From assembly GCA_027365105.1 (NCBI GenBank), contig DAHXNZ010000002.1, forward strand, positions 85,916-149,915: a stretch of 64,000 nt of DNA. The letters run 5' to 3'. This DNA comes from Thermoplasmata archaeon (GTDB taxonomy: Archaea; Thermoplasmatota; Thermoplasmata; Lutacidiplasmatales; UBA184). The notes beneath the pieces are model-generated. The model worked only from the letters and a program-made list of their open reading frames with translations. It had not been told where the DNA came from and ran no database searches. The position numbers and the translations under genes were made by a program. Below, piece after piece: positions 1-7,777 of this stretch. The stretch's first letter is position 1. Each line of letters opens with the position of its first letter.

Positions 1-338
1 AGGCGTACACCCCCCTCGCCCGGGGCCTCCTGAACGGGCGGTACCTCGACGGGCGGAAGGCGCCCCCCGAGGTCCGACGGTTCGCCCAGCGGTTCTTCGA
101 TGGGGACCGGTGGCCCGACTATGTGGCCCGCGCCCGTCGGCTGAAGGACCTGGCCGAACGCGCGGGCGTCCCGATGGCTTCGCTGGCCCTCCACTGGCTC
201 CGCGCCCAAGGCGCGGCGCCGGTCTTCGGGGCCAGCCGGCCCGAGCAGGTCGCGGAGAACATGGCGGCCTGGCGGAGCCGCCCGGCCGACTCCGTGCTGG
301 CCGAGGCCGACGCGATCGCCCGGGGCGAACGTGCTTAG
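1..338 (+). CDS. aldo/keto reductase, C-terminal fragment (5' end lies outside the window)
   Basis: Frame 3 is open from nt 3 and reads AYTPLARGLLNGRY...LALHWLRAQGAAPVFGASRPEQVAENMAA, a typical AKR C-terminus. Stop at 336-338. Confidence 0.75.
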   Translation, partial: AYTPLARGLLNGRYLDGRKAPPEVRRFAQRFFDGDRWPDYVARARRLKDLAERAGVPMASLALHWLRAQGAAPVFGASRPEQVAENMAAWRSRPADSVLAEADAIARGERA

Positions 339-981
339 GCTCGCCGCCTTCGACATGGACGGTACGCTCGTCGACGTCGGCAGTTCGTGGAGGGTCGTCC
401 ACGACGCGTTCGACGACCACAACGACGAGGCGCTCCGGCTCTTCCTGGAGAACCGGATCGACGACCGGGAGTTCATCCGGTCGGACATCCGGAAGTGGCG
501 GGATCACCGGCCGGAGCTTTCGATCGGCGACCTCGCCGAGATCCTCGACCGGGTTCCCCTGATGCCGGGCGCCCCGGAGCTCTTCGAGCGGCTCCGGGCC
601 CGCGGGGTCGCCACCGCGATCATCAGCGGCGGGATCGACCTGCTCGCCCGGCGGATTGGACGGCAGCTCGGGGTCGACCACATCTGGGCGAACGGGGTCG
701 AAACCACCCCCGAGGGCCGGCTGACGGGGGAGGGGATCGTCCGGGTTCCGATCCGGGACAAGGAGTCGGTCCTGGCCGCGCTCCAGGCCGAGACCGGCAT
801 CCCCCCGTCGGCGACCGCGAGCGTCGGCAACTCCGAGATCGACGCCGGACTCTTCCGTCGCAGCCGGCTCGGCATCGCCTTCCTTCCGGAAGACGAGACG
901 GTCCGCCGGGCGGCCGGCCGGGTGGTCGAGCGCAAGGACCTCCGGGAGGTTGCCCGCCTCCTCGACGAGTTCCCCCGGTAG
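331..981 (+). CDS. HAD-superfamily hydrolase, phosphoserine-phosphatase-like
   Basis: GTG start overlaps the upstream stop by 8 nt. N-terminal AAFDMDGTLVD is the DxDGT motif I. IISGG and GNSEIDAG are later HAD motifs. 216 aa. Confidence 0.75.
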   Translation: MLRLAAFDMDGTLVDVGSSWRVVHDAFDDHNDEALRLFLENRIDDREFIRSDIRKWRDHRPELSIGDLAEILDRVPLMPGAPELFERLRARGVATAIISGGIDLLARRIGRQLGVDHIWANGVETTPEGRLTGEGIVRVPIRDKESVLAALQAETGIPPSATASVGNSEIDAGLFRRSRLGIAFLPEDETVRRAAGRVVERKDLREVARLLDEFPR

Positions 982-1065
982 GCCCGCCGGGACCGGCCCG
1001 GCGCCCGGGGCTCCCGCCGACGGCAAGGAATGCTTTTACGGGGCGGTCGGCTGGATAGTACCGTC

Positions 1066-1683
1066 ATGGAAGGGTACGAAGCCCTGCTCTCCCGCGCCCG
1101 CGCCCAACTCCCGCCGATCACCACGAGCACGGAGCGCTTCCAGGTGCCGGAGCCCGACGTGATGGCCGACGGCAAGAACACCGTCCTCCGGAACTTCCAG
1201 GAGATCGCGGCTGTCCTCCGGCGCGAGCCGGCCCACCTCATCGGCTATCTCGCCAAGGATCTCGGATGCCCGGGGGTCCTCGACCTGCCCCGGGGCGTGC
1301 TCAAGTCCCGGGTCTCCCGGGAGCAGGTCGCCCAGCGGATCCGCGACTACACCGAGAAGTACGTGATCTGCACGGAGTGCAAGCGGCCCGACACCCACCT
1401 CACGAAGGACGGACGGCTGACGCTGCTCATCTGCGAGGCGTGCGGCGCCCAGCGTCCGGTGACGGTCCGTCGGGTCGTCACCCCGGAGAAGCCGAAGGCC
1501 CCGGTCGTGGTCGGAGAGGTCTACCGGCTGACGATCGAGGACCTGGGTCGCCGGGGCGACGGCGTCGCCAAGAAGGAAGGGTTCGTGATCTTCGTGACCG
1601 GGGCGACCCAGCGGGGGGCCACGATCAATGCCAAGATCACCAAGGTGCTCGGCAACAACGCCTACGCAATCGTCCAGCCGTAG
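1066..1683 (+). CDS. eif2b: translation initiation factor aIF-2 beta subunit with a C-terminal TRAM domain
   Basis: YEALLSRARAQLP...RFQVPEPDV...GKNTVLRNFQEIA...YVICTECKRPDTHLTKDGRLTLLICEACGA is the aIF2-beta core and Zn-ribbon. VGEVYRLTIEDLGRRGDGVAKKEGFVIFVTGATQRGATINAKITKV is TRAM-like. The ORF is open from 1030, but the Met at 1066 fits the family N-terminus. Confidence 0.85.
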   Translation: MEGYEALLSRARAQLPPITTSTERFQVPEPDVMADGKNTVLRNFQEIAAVLRREPAHLIGYLAKDLGCPGVLDLPRGVLKSRVSREQVAQRIRDYTEKYVICTECKRPDTHLTKDGRLTLLICEACGAQRPVTVRRVVTPEKPKAPVVVGEVYRLTIEDLGRRGDGVAKKEGFVIFVTGATQRGATINAKITKVLGNNAYAIVQP

Positions 1684-1689
1684 TCGGCC

Positions 1690-2658
1690 ATGCGGAGCCT
1701 GCGCTGGCTGGGCCTGCTCGCGCTCTACGTCGGAGCCCAACTGACCGGGTTGGCCCTCGCGCTCCCGTTTCGGTCGGAGGGGCTCGTCACGGGCTCGAAC
1801 CCGTCGAGCGTGACCGCCCCGCTCTACATCATCGCCGTGATCGTCATTGCGCCGCTCGTCATCCTGCTGCTCGCGCGGCGGCAGGGCGGCGTGGCCGCGC
1901 TCCGCCAGCTGATCCTGCTCGGGATCACGGGATCCCTGTACTTCACTCTCTTTGCCTCCTTGTCGCTGGTCCTTCCCGGGCCGTACCCGATCCCTCCGAT
2001 CGCCGCCGGCATGACCGCCGTCATCGCCCTCCCCCTGGCCGCTGCGGTGAGCGTCGGTCTCTACCTGGCCCTGCTGATGGAGCCGCAGTGGTACATCGTC
2101 GACCTGGTCGGCTTCCTCGCCGGCGGCGCCCTCATCGCCATCCTCGGCATCTCCTTCGCCCTGCTGCCGGTCCTGATCCTCCTCAGCGTGCTCGCCGTCT
2201 ACGACTACATCGCTGTCTATCGGACCCGGCACATGATCCGGCTCGCGGACGTGGTCACCGAGATGAAGCTCCCGATCCTGATGGTCATGCCGGATCGGGC
2301 CGGCTACGATTACCCTCGGGCCCCGACGCTGGCCGACCAGCGGGCCCAGCCCACCGAAGAGCGGGCGGCGCTCTTCATGGGGCTCGGTGACGTGGTCATC
2401 CCGGGCGCCCTCGTCACCTCGGCGTTCGCCTGGCTCCCGGCGACCCCCCTCGGCGGAGGCGTGGGCGCGAACCTGGTCGTCGCGCTGGGCGTCCTGATCG
2501 GTTCGTTGGTCGGATATGCGATCCTGATGCAGTTCGTCCTCCGGGGGCGGGCCCAGGCCGGCCTCCCGTTCCTGAACGGGTTTGCCATCCTCGGCTACTT
2601 CGTCTCCTTCCTCCTGGTCTACCATTCGTTCGGCTTCGGGCTGGGCGGAGTTCTCTAA
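1690..2658 (+). CDS. presenilin/signal-peptide-peptidase-like intramembrane aspartyl protease (archaeal PSH type)
   Basis: Polytopic hydrophobic protein carrying YDYIAVY (YD), GLGDVVIPG (GxGD) and GLPFL (PAL-like) motifs in the canonical order. Confidence 0.75.
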   Translation: MRSLRWLGLLALYVGAQLTGLALALPFRSEGLVTGSNPSSVTAPLYIIAVIVIAPLVILLLARRQGGVAALRQLILLGITGSLYFTLFASLSLVLPGPYPIPPIAAGMTAVIALPLAAAVSVGLYLALLMEPQWYIVDLVGFLAGGALIAILGISFALLPVLILLSVLAVYDYIAVYRTRHMIRLADVVTEMKLPILMVMPDRAGYDYPRAPTLADQRAQPTEERAALFMGLGDVVIPGALVTSAFAWLPATPLGGGVGANLVVALGVLIGSLVGYAILMQFVLRGRAQAGLPFLNGFAILGYFVSFLLVYHSFGFGLGGVL

Positions 2659-2670
2659 TCCCCCCGCCCC

Positions 2671-3657
2671 GTGGGGGCGCCCATGCGCCGTCCGGTCCAG
2701 GACATCACGCTCGACGACCACCCCTCGCTCGACGTGCTCGTGCAGCGGATCGAATCCGGCGGCGGATTCAGCGCGAAGGGGATGGCGGAAGGGGTCGATC
2801 TGCTCGCCCGGATGCTGAAGGACCCCGAGATGACGCTCTTCCTTTCGTTCCCGGCCGACATCGTGGCCACCGGGACCCGGGGCGTCCTCGCCCACCTCGT
2901 CCGGGAAGGGTTCATCGATGCCGTGGTCACCACCTGCGGGACCCTGGACCACGACCTCGCCCGGTCGTTCCGGCCGTACTACCATGGAGCGTGGGCGCTC
3001 GACGACGCCGAACTCTACCGTCGGGGGCTCTACCGCCTCGGCAACCTGGTGATCCCCCAGGCCCACTACGGCGGCATCATCGAGCGGAAGATGCGGCCGC
3101 TCCTGCGCCGCCTGTGGGCCGACGGCCAGCGGAGCCTCTCGAGCCGACAGCTCGCCGCGGCGCTGGGCGAGATCATCCCGGCCCGTGCCGGGACGAGCCT
3201 CCTGCGGGCCGCCGCCGACCGGAAGGTCCCGGTCTTCGTTCCGGGGCTCACCGACGGGGCGGTCGGATCTCAGCTCTGGCTCTTCGCCCAGGACCATCGT
3301 GGCCTCACCCTGGACCTGCTGCGGGACGAGCAGGAGCTCTCGGACCTGGTCTACGGAGCGCGCCGGACGGGGGCGATCATGCTGGGCGGCGGGATCTCGA
3401 AGCATCACACCATATGGTGGAACCAGTTCCGGGACGGCCTCGACGCCGCGCTCTACATCACCACCGCCGTCGAGTGGGACGGAAGCCTCTCCGGCGCCCG
3501 GACCCGGGAGGCGATCTCGTGGGGGAAGGTCAAGCCGTCGGCCCGACACGTGACCGTCGAGGGGGACGTGACGCTCCTCCTCCCGCTGATGACCGCCGCC
3601 GCCCTCGAGCGGATCGGTTCGGGCGTCCCGGCCGAGCCGCCGACGCGACGACCTTAA
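2671..3657 (+). CDS. dys: deoxyhypusine synthase
   Basis: FLSFPADIVATGTRGVLAHLVREGFIDAVVTTCGTLDHDL...GGGISKHH...SWGKV are family-typical blocks. 328 aa. Confidence 0.9.
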   Translation: MGAPMRRPVQDITLDDHPSLDVLVQRIESGGGFSAKGMAEGVDLLARMLKDPEMTLFLSFPADIVATGTRGVLAHLVREGFIDAVVTTCGTLDHDLARSFRPYYHGAWALDDAELYRRGLYRLGNLVIPQAHYGGIIERKMRPLLRRLWADGQRSLSSRQLAAALGEIIPARAGTSLLRAAADRKVPVFVPGLTDGAVGSQLWLFAQDHRGLTLDLLRDEQELSDLVYGARRTGAIMLGGGISKHHTIWWNQFRDGLDAALYITTAVEWDGSLSGARTREAISWGKVKPSARHVTVEGDVTLLLPLMTAAALERIGSGVPAEPPTRRP

Positions 3658-3685
3658 GTGGGGGGGGCCAAGTGGCCCGACCGTT

Positions 3686-3759
3686 GGGCCCGTAGCTCAG
3701 CCCGGTAGAGCAGGCGGCTCTTAACCGCAAGGTCAGGGGTTCGAATCCCCTCGGGCCCG
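3686..3759 (+). tRNA. tRNA-Lys (anticodon CUU), no encoded CCA
   Basis: Hand-folded cloverleaf. Acceptor GGGCCCG/CGGGCCC, D arm GCTC/GAGC, anticodon stem GGCGG/CCGCA with loop CTCTTAA, T arm AGGGG-TTCGAAT-CCCCT, discriminator G. Confidence 0.9.
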
Positions 3760-3819
3760 GATCTCGCGGCCGAACCGTTCTCGCGGTTCGGCCGCCAGCC
3801 GAGGGCGTCCGAATCGGGC

Positions 3820-4395
3820 CTACCGAGCCGTGCGGACTGTGCGCGGGAGTCGCGCGACTCGGTTGCGCAACTCCGGAACGAGATCCGCCGCGCGATCTCG
3901 GGCGGCCACCCCGGTGAGGTAGTCCCAATCGAGCTCCTCTGGGTACTCCGCGGCGAGGGCGACGGCCTGGTCGAATAGCTCCGTGCCCACGCGGGGCCAG
4001 ACCTTGATTTCGATCAGCCGTTTCGCGATCAGGTCCTCGACCGAGGCGAGGTGGACCGAGCCATAGGGGGTAGATACCTCGCGCAGTCGGCGCGCGTCTC
4101 CGGTGTACTGCTTGCCGACCGGATCCACCCAGAGCTTGAGCTCCGCCCGTGACCAAAGGCGGCCCTCATGGCGGAAGCCCCACTCTTCCAGCGTGCGGAT
4201 GATCGATCGGCGCTCGCCGACGAGGTCGATGTCTGCCGATACGCACTTTCCATTCGTGTACACCTCGATCGCCGAACCCCCGACGATGACGATTTTGGTG
4301 CTCGCCTCTCGTCCCAATAGGGCCCCCAGCCAGAGGTTCCTCTCGGCGCGGACGCTCGCCTTGGCCAGAATCTTGCCCAGCTCCTCCGCGTTCAA
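3820..4395 (-). CDS. minimal nucleotidyltransferase-fold protein (toxin-like partner of the upstream wHTH gene)
   Basis: 191 aa. IVIVGGSAIEVY...SADIDLV matches the G[GS]-x(9-13)-DxD nucleotidyltransferase signature. Its start overlaps the upstream stop by 4 nt. G+C is lower than the flanks on hand-counted lines. Confidence 0.55.
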   Translation of the reverse strand: MNAEELGKILAKASVRAERNLWLGALLGREASTKIVIVGGSAIEVYTNGKCVSADIDLVGERRSIIRTLEEWGFRHEGRLWSRAELKLWVDPVGKQYTGDARRLREVSTPYGSVHLASVEDLIAKRLIEIKVWPRVGTELFDQAVALAAEYPEELDWDYLTGVAARDRAADLVPELRNRVARLPRTVRTAR

Positions 4396-4877
4396 CCCTT
4401 GCTCCGCCCAGAGCGGATGGAGGTCGGGGCCCCGGCCCTCGCCAGGACATGGTCCTTCTGAATTCGTCGGCGCAGGGCCGTCGCCGAGGGAGGGCGGCCC
4501 GGCGTGAACTTGGACAGGTCGAGGGGCGTCCGAGAACTGGTTCGCGCCGAGAGCGCCGCCCGCTCACCCCGCTCCCGCGCCCCGCGAATCAGGTCTCGGC
4601 TCCAGACAATCCGCAGGCGACGGCGCAGGAGCGTCCGCACGTCCGGGTCGGTCACCGTCCAGCCGTCCCGGCCTTCGGGCGTTGGGGCCCGTTCAACTTC
4701 GTTGAACTGTAGCAGCCGTTTCAGTTCCCGGTAGACGTTGGGCGGCTTGATTCCCACCATGGAAGCGACGCGGTACGCCGTGAGGGGCGCCTCGGCGTTC
4801 GCTAGGGCGGCCAGCGTCTTCACCCGGTCCTCCGAACCGAACAACGCTGTGAGTCCCGGATCGACGGCAAGTGCCAT
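4392..4877 (-). CDS. winged-helix DNA-binding protein (antitoxin/regulator-like)
   Basis: 161 aa. VKTLAALANAEAPLTAYRVASMVGIKPPNVYRELKRLLQFNEVER is wHTH-like, followed by a basic C-terminal tail. An AT-rich palindrome lies immediately upstream. Confidence 0.6.
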   Translation of the reverse strand: MALAVDPGLTALFGSEDRVKTLAALANAEAPLTAYRVASMVGIKPPNVYRELKRLLQFNEVERAPTPEGRDGWTVTDPDVRTLLRRRLRIVWSRDLIRGARERGERAALSARTSSRTPLDLSKFTPGRPPSATALRRRIQKDHVLARAGAPTSIRSGRSKG

Positions 4878-4884
4878 GGAACTG

Positions 4885-4905
4885 TATTAGTCATACTGAC
4901 TAATA
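4885..4905. promoter_or_regulatory. perfect 9-bp inverted repeat (TATTAGTCA-TAC-TGACTAATA) overlapping a TATA-like box, candidate operator/promoter of the wHTH-NTase pair
   Basis: Read directly from the sequence. It lies 8-28 nt upstream of the ATG at 4877. The minus strand reads TTTATTAGTCAGTATGACTAATA. It is the only strongly AT-rich element in this neighbourhood. Confidence 0.5.
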
Positions 4906-5019
4906 AAGAGGTTGACCACAGCCGGGGCAACTCCTCGAGGATCCGCCGGACAGTCTGGGCCTCTGACCAAGGAGGATTTCCTGAACCTAGCCCCGGGCCG
5001 TCGCGGTTCGGGAGCCTGG

Positions 5020-5697
5020 TCACTCCGCGCGAGAGACGGAACAGGACGTCACCAATAATTGCGAGTGCATGGGTGGGGTAAAGCCCCGCCATGAGACCGC
5101 GCGCTGGAGCTGAGGGCCGTTCTCGAGGGCGAGGGGGTCGAGGAAGGCGACGGGATCGAGCTTGCGGCGAAGTCGGACCCAGCCCGACTCCCGGGCGATC
5201 CCTTGGACCACTCGGGGTGAAATGAAGGCGAGGAACGCCTCGCCTTTGAGGTGGGACCTTGTGATCGCCACGAACCGCTCCGAGCTCACCTCGTCGGGCC
5301 GGGGTGCCTGGCGAGCGCAGGAGCACTGATCCCCTCGCCGCTTCCGTGGACCCGGGGCACAGACCTGCCCTCCCCAAGCGCCGCCGCGGGGGTCGATCAC
5401 GGTCCACGGGACGACCTTGGCCCGGCCCTGTGAAGGTCGGTCGCGTGCCACGGTGGTGGGCCAGTCCGGCGCAGTGGACGCGGGCGTTCCGGGACGCGGT
5501 GCAATCGGACCCCGGCCGCGCCGACGCGATGAGAGCCCCGGAGGCCCAGAGGAGCTCTCCCGAGGGGACCTGAAGCGGCCGGTGGGGCCGCACCGGGTCC
5601 CGGACGCCGAAGTTCCCCCCGGGGCTCCCGACGCGCCGTCCTTGGGGCTACGGAATTTGCGGATGAACTCCCGCTCACGGCTCGGAAGTTCGGACAA
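5020..5697 (-). CDS. hypothetical ORF; only the C-terminal ~90 aa look protein-like
   Basis: The C-terminal part FVAITRSHLKGEAFLAFISPRVVQGIARESGWVRLRRKLDPVAFLDPLALENGPQL is non-repetitive. The N-terminal half is Arg/Ser/Pro/Gly-rich and may not be coding. I recognise no family. Confidence 0.25.
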   Translation of the reverse strand: MSELPSREREFIRKFRSPKDGASGAPGGTSASGTRCGPTGRFRSPRESSSGPPGLSSRRRGRGPIAPRPGTPASTAPDWPTTVARDRPSQGRAKVVPWTVIDPRGGAWGGQVCAPGPRKRRGDQCSCARQAPRPDEVSSERFVAITRSHLKGEAFLAFISPRVVQGIARESGWVRLRRKLDPVAFLDPLALENGPQLQRAVSWRGFTPPMHSQLLVTSCSVSRAE

Positions 5698-5788
5698 TCA
5701 GGGGACGATCCAACGAGGGGGATCAGGTTGCCCTCGACCACCTGACCGCCGGAGGGGTCCGGACGAGGACGACCGGGCTCGTGAGGAA

Positions 5789-6301
5789 CTACCCCTGGGG
5801 TGGGCCCGCAGCTCCCCCAGGGTCGGGGCGGGAAGGTTCCGCAAGCCCTCCGGGGCGATGGGGGTGACGGTGCCCGGTCGCTCCTCCGACGACGGACGGA
5901 GTCCCCAGGACGAATCCGCCGTACGCGACGCCGCGGATTCCCCGGAGGTCTTCGGCGGCCGATTCGAGTTCGCGACGGTTCCCGGCGAGCCCCAGGATCT
6001 GCATGCAGGAACCTCCTTCGAGGTGGACGTGCGACGACGAGCGGATGTGCTCGCCCCAGCGGTGCTCGGCCGCCGTCACCCGCTCGAGGATCTCGGGCAG
6101 ATCGTGCCGGAAAAGCAGCATGAGGCATCCGACGGCGTCGGCCTCGGGATCGGTGAGCGACTCTTCGGCGAGCTCCTTGCGAATCAGGGATCGGATCGCG
6201 TCGGACCGGCTCCCCGAGTTGCGAACGGCGACCCACTCGTCGAGGACCTTCAGGAGTTCCGGCTCGATGGATACCCCGAGACGCACCACCCGCCGGGCCA
6301 T
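5789..6301 (-). CDS. nikR: nickel-responsive regulator NikR (ribbon-helix-helix plus metal-binding C-domain)
   Basis: The internal Met at 6301 gives MARRVVRLGVSIEPELLKVLDEWVAVRNSGSRSDAIRSLIRKEL (RHH), then HRWGEHIRSSSHVHLEGGSCMQILGLAG (His/Cys cluster). The longer tracked ORF (to 6697) has a non-protein-like N-terminus. Confidence 0.8.
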   Translation of the reverse strand: MARRVVRLGVSIEPELLKVLDEWVAVRNSGSRSDAIRSLIRKELAEESLTDPEADAVGCLMLLFRHDLPEILERVTAAEHRWGEHIRSSSHVHLEGGSCMQILGLAGNRRELESAAEDLRGIRGVAYGGFVLGTPSVVGGATGHRHPHRPGGLAEPSRPDPGGAAGPPQG

Positions 6302-6398
6302 GCCGGGGCCATCGGCCCCGAGCCTATAGGAGTTCGTGTCGGCCTCCGGGGGCCGGGTCAGGCCTTTATGGGCCGGGCTTCTCGGCCACCGAAGGTCC

Positions 6399-6755
6399 AT
6401 GGTCGAAGCCAATCCGATCGAGTTGAGGGTGGAGCTGTATTCGGAAGCCGGGCTGAGCCCCGAGGCGCTGGCCCGGATCCAGGCGATGCTGACCGCACGG
6501 TGGCCGGTGACCTGGGACGTGACCCACCCTCCGAACCCCACGCTCGACCACCCGCTTCGCTGGCGGGCGGTGGTGCCGCTCCTGGAGGGGACCACCCCCG
6601 AGGGGCTGCATCTCGAATTGGAGTCGGCGATCCGCGCGGCGGCCCTCTCGCCTTCGTTGCACCTGCGCACGCGCTGGGCGTTTCCTTCCGACCCCAACCA
6701 CCAGGAAGTCTACGAAGTCCGCTGGACCGCCCGACGGGATCGGCCGGTCGCGTGA
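6399..6755 (+). CDS. hypothetical small protein, divergent from nikR
   Basis: MVEANPIELRVELYSEAGLSPEALARIQAMLTARWPVTWDV... has non-repetitive composition. I recognise no family. The start was chosen at the internal Met. Confidence 0.4.
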   Translation: MVEANPIELRVELYSEAGLSPEALARIQAMLTARWPVTWDVTHPPNPTLDHPLRWRAVVPLLEGTTPEGLHLELESAIRAAALSPSLHLRTRWAFPSDPNHQEVYEVRWTARRDRPVA

Positions 6756-6767
6756 TCCCCCGATGGA

Positions 6768-7697
6768 TCAGAGGCTCCGGATCCGCTCGAGCTTGGCCAG
6801 GAACTCCACCCCTTCTCCCGACTTTCTCGGGGTCCCGTCGGCCCGGGTGAGTTCCCATCCCGCCCCCCGACAGGCCTCGGCGGGGCTCTTCCCTTCGAGG
6901 AGGGCGCGGAGCGCCCGCTGTTCGCTTCGACTGAGCTCGATTCCGCAGATCTGGAACTCCTCGAATGCCTCCATCGCGACCGGGGCGACGGTCCGGGCCA
7001 GGACGGCAATCTCCGCCGCGTAGGCGCGAATCTCCTCCTGGGCATGCGCGTCGAGGCGGAGCGAGAGGAAGTGGAAGAGGTTGTGGAGGTTGATCTTCCA
7101 GTACCACTCGGTGTAGTAGGCGACCGGGAGCACCATCCGGGCGGTCTCGCGCGCGACCCCATCGGCAAGGGCCTTCTCGTACGCGGAGTAGGCCGCCCGG
7201 GCGACCCGGTCCAGGTCGGACCGGAACCGTTCGACCACCTCCGGGGCGAGCGGGTCTCCCCGCCCCTGCCGGTTGGTCTCGGACTGCCGGCGGACCGCCG
7301 CGGGGGAAGGAAGGTCATACTCGTCCGGCACGATCGAGTACCGGGCGCTGTACTCGTTGACCGACGCCGTCCGGTGCCGGATCCACTGGCGGGCGACGTA
7401 GATCGGGAGCCGGACCAGGATCTTGAACTCGACCATCTCGAACGGGGTCGTGTGCCGGTGCCGAAGCAGGTAGCGGATCAACCCACGGTCGTCCCGGACG
7501 CTCCGCGTGCCCTGGCCGTAGGAGACCCGGGCCGCCTGGACGATCGCCGCGTCGTTGCCCATGTAGTCGACGAGCACGACGTAGCCGTGGCCCAGCACCG
7601 GCCGGCGGACCCCGATGAGCCGGTCGGCTTCCGGGACCGAGGGGCGCGTCATGGGTCCGGAGTCGTCGGCCATGGCTCCCGACGGGAGGGGAAACAT
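6768..7697 (-). CDS. thyX: FAD-dependent thymidylate synthase ThyX
   Basis: RHRHTTPFEMVEFKILVRLPIYVARQWIRHRTASVNEYSARYS contains the ThyX RHRxxS signature. 309 aa. Confidence 0.9.
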   Translation of the reverse strand: MFPLPSGAMADDSGPMTRPSVPEADRLIGVRRPVLGHGYVVLVDYMGNDAAIVQAARVSYGQGTRSVRDDRGLIRYLLRHRHTTPFEMVEFKILVRLPIYVARQWIRHRTASVNEYSARYSIVPDEYDLPSPAAVRRQSETNRQGRGDPLAPEVVERFRSDLDRVARAAYSAYEKALADGVARETARMVLPVAYYTEWYWKINLHNLFHFLSLRLDAHAQEEIRAYAAEIAVLARTVAPVAMEAFEEFQICGIELSRSEQRALRALLEGKSPAEACRGAGWELTRADGTPRKSGEGVEFLAKLERIRSL

Positions 7698-7777
7698 AAA
7701 TCACCCTCGCCCGCCCCGGAGCCGAGGCGGGAAAAGGGTAATAGTCATCGGCCGGGGTCGGACAGTCCAGGAGGGGC

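Noticed and set aside
1036-3549. 837-aa minus-strand ORF spanning the aIF2-beta, PSH and dys genes
   Set aside because: The translation is Arg/Pro/Gly/Asp-rich with no motifs. It is antisense to three genes that have clear family signatures. Very high G+C suppresses stop codons, which produces long shadow ORFs.
3686-6400. Integrated provirus or integrative element at tRNA-Lys
   Set aside because: I found no recognisable integrase. I found no second copy of the tRNA 3' half to serve as attR anywhere in the window by eye. Only the lower-GC two-gene module supports mobility, so I report the pair and not an element.
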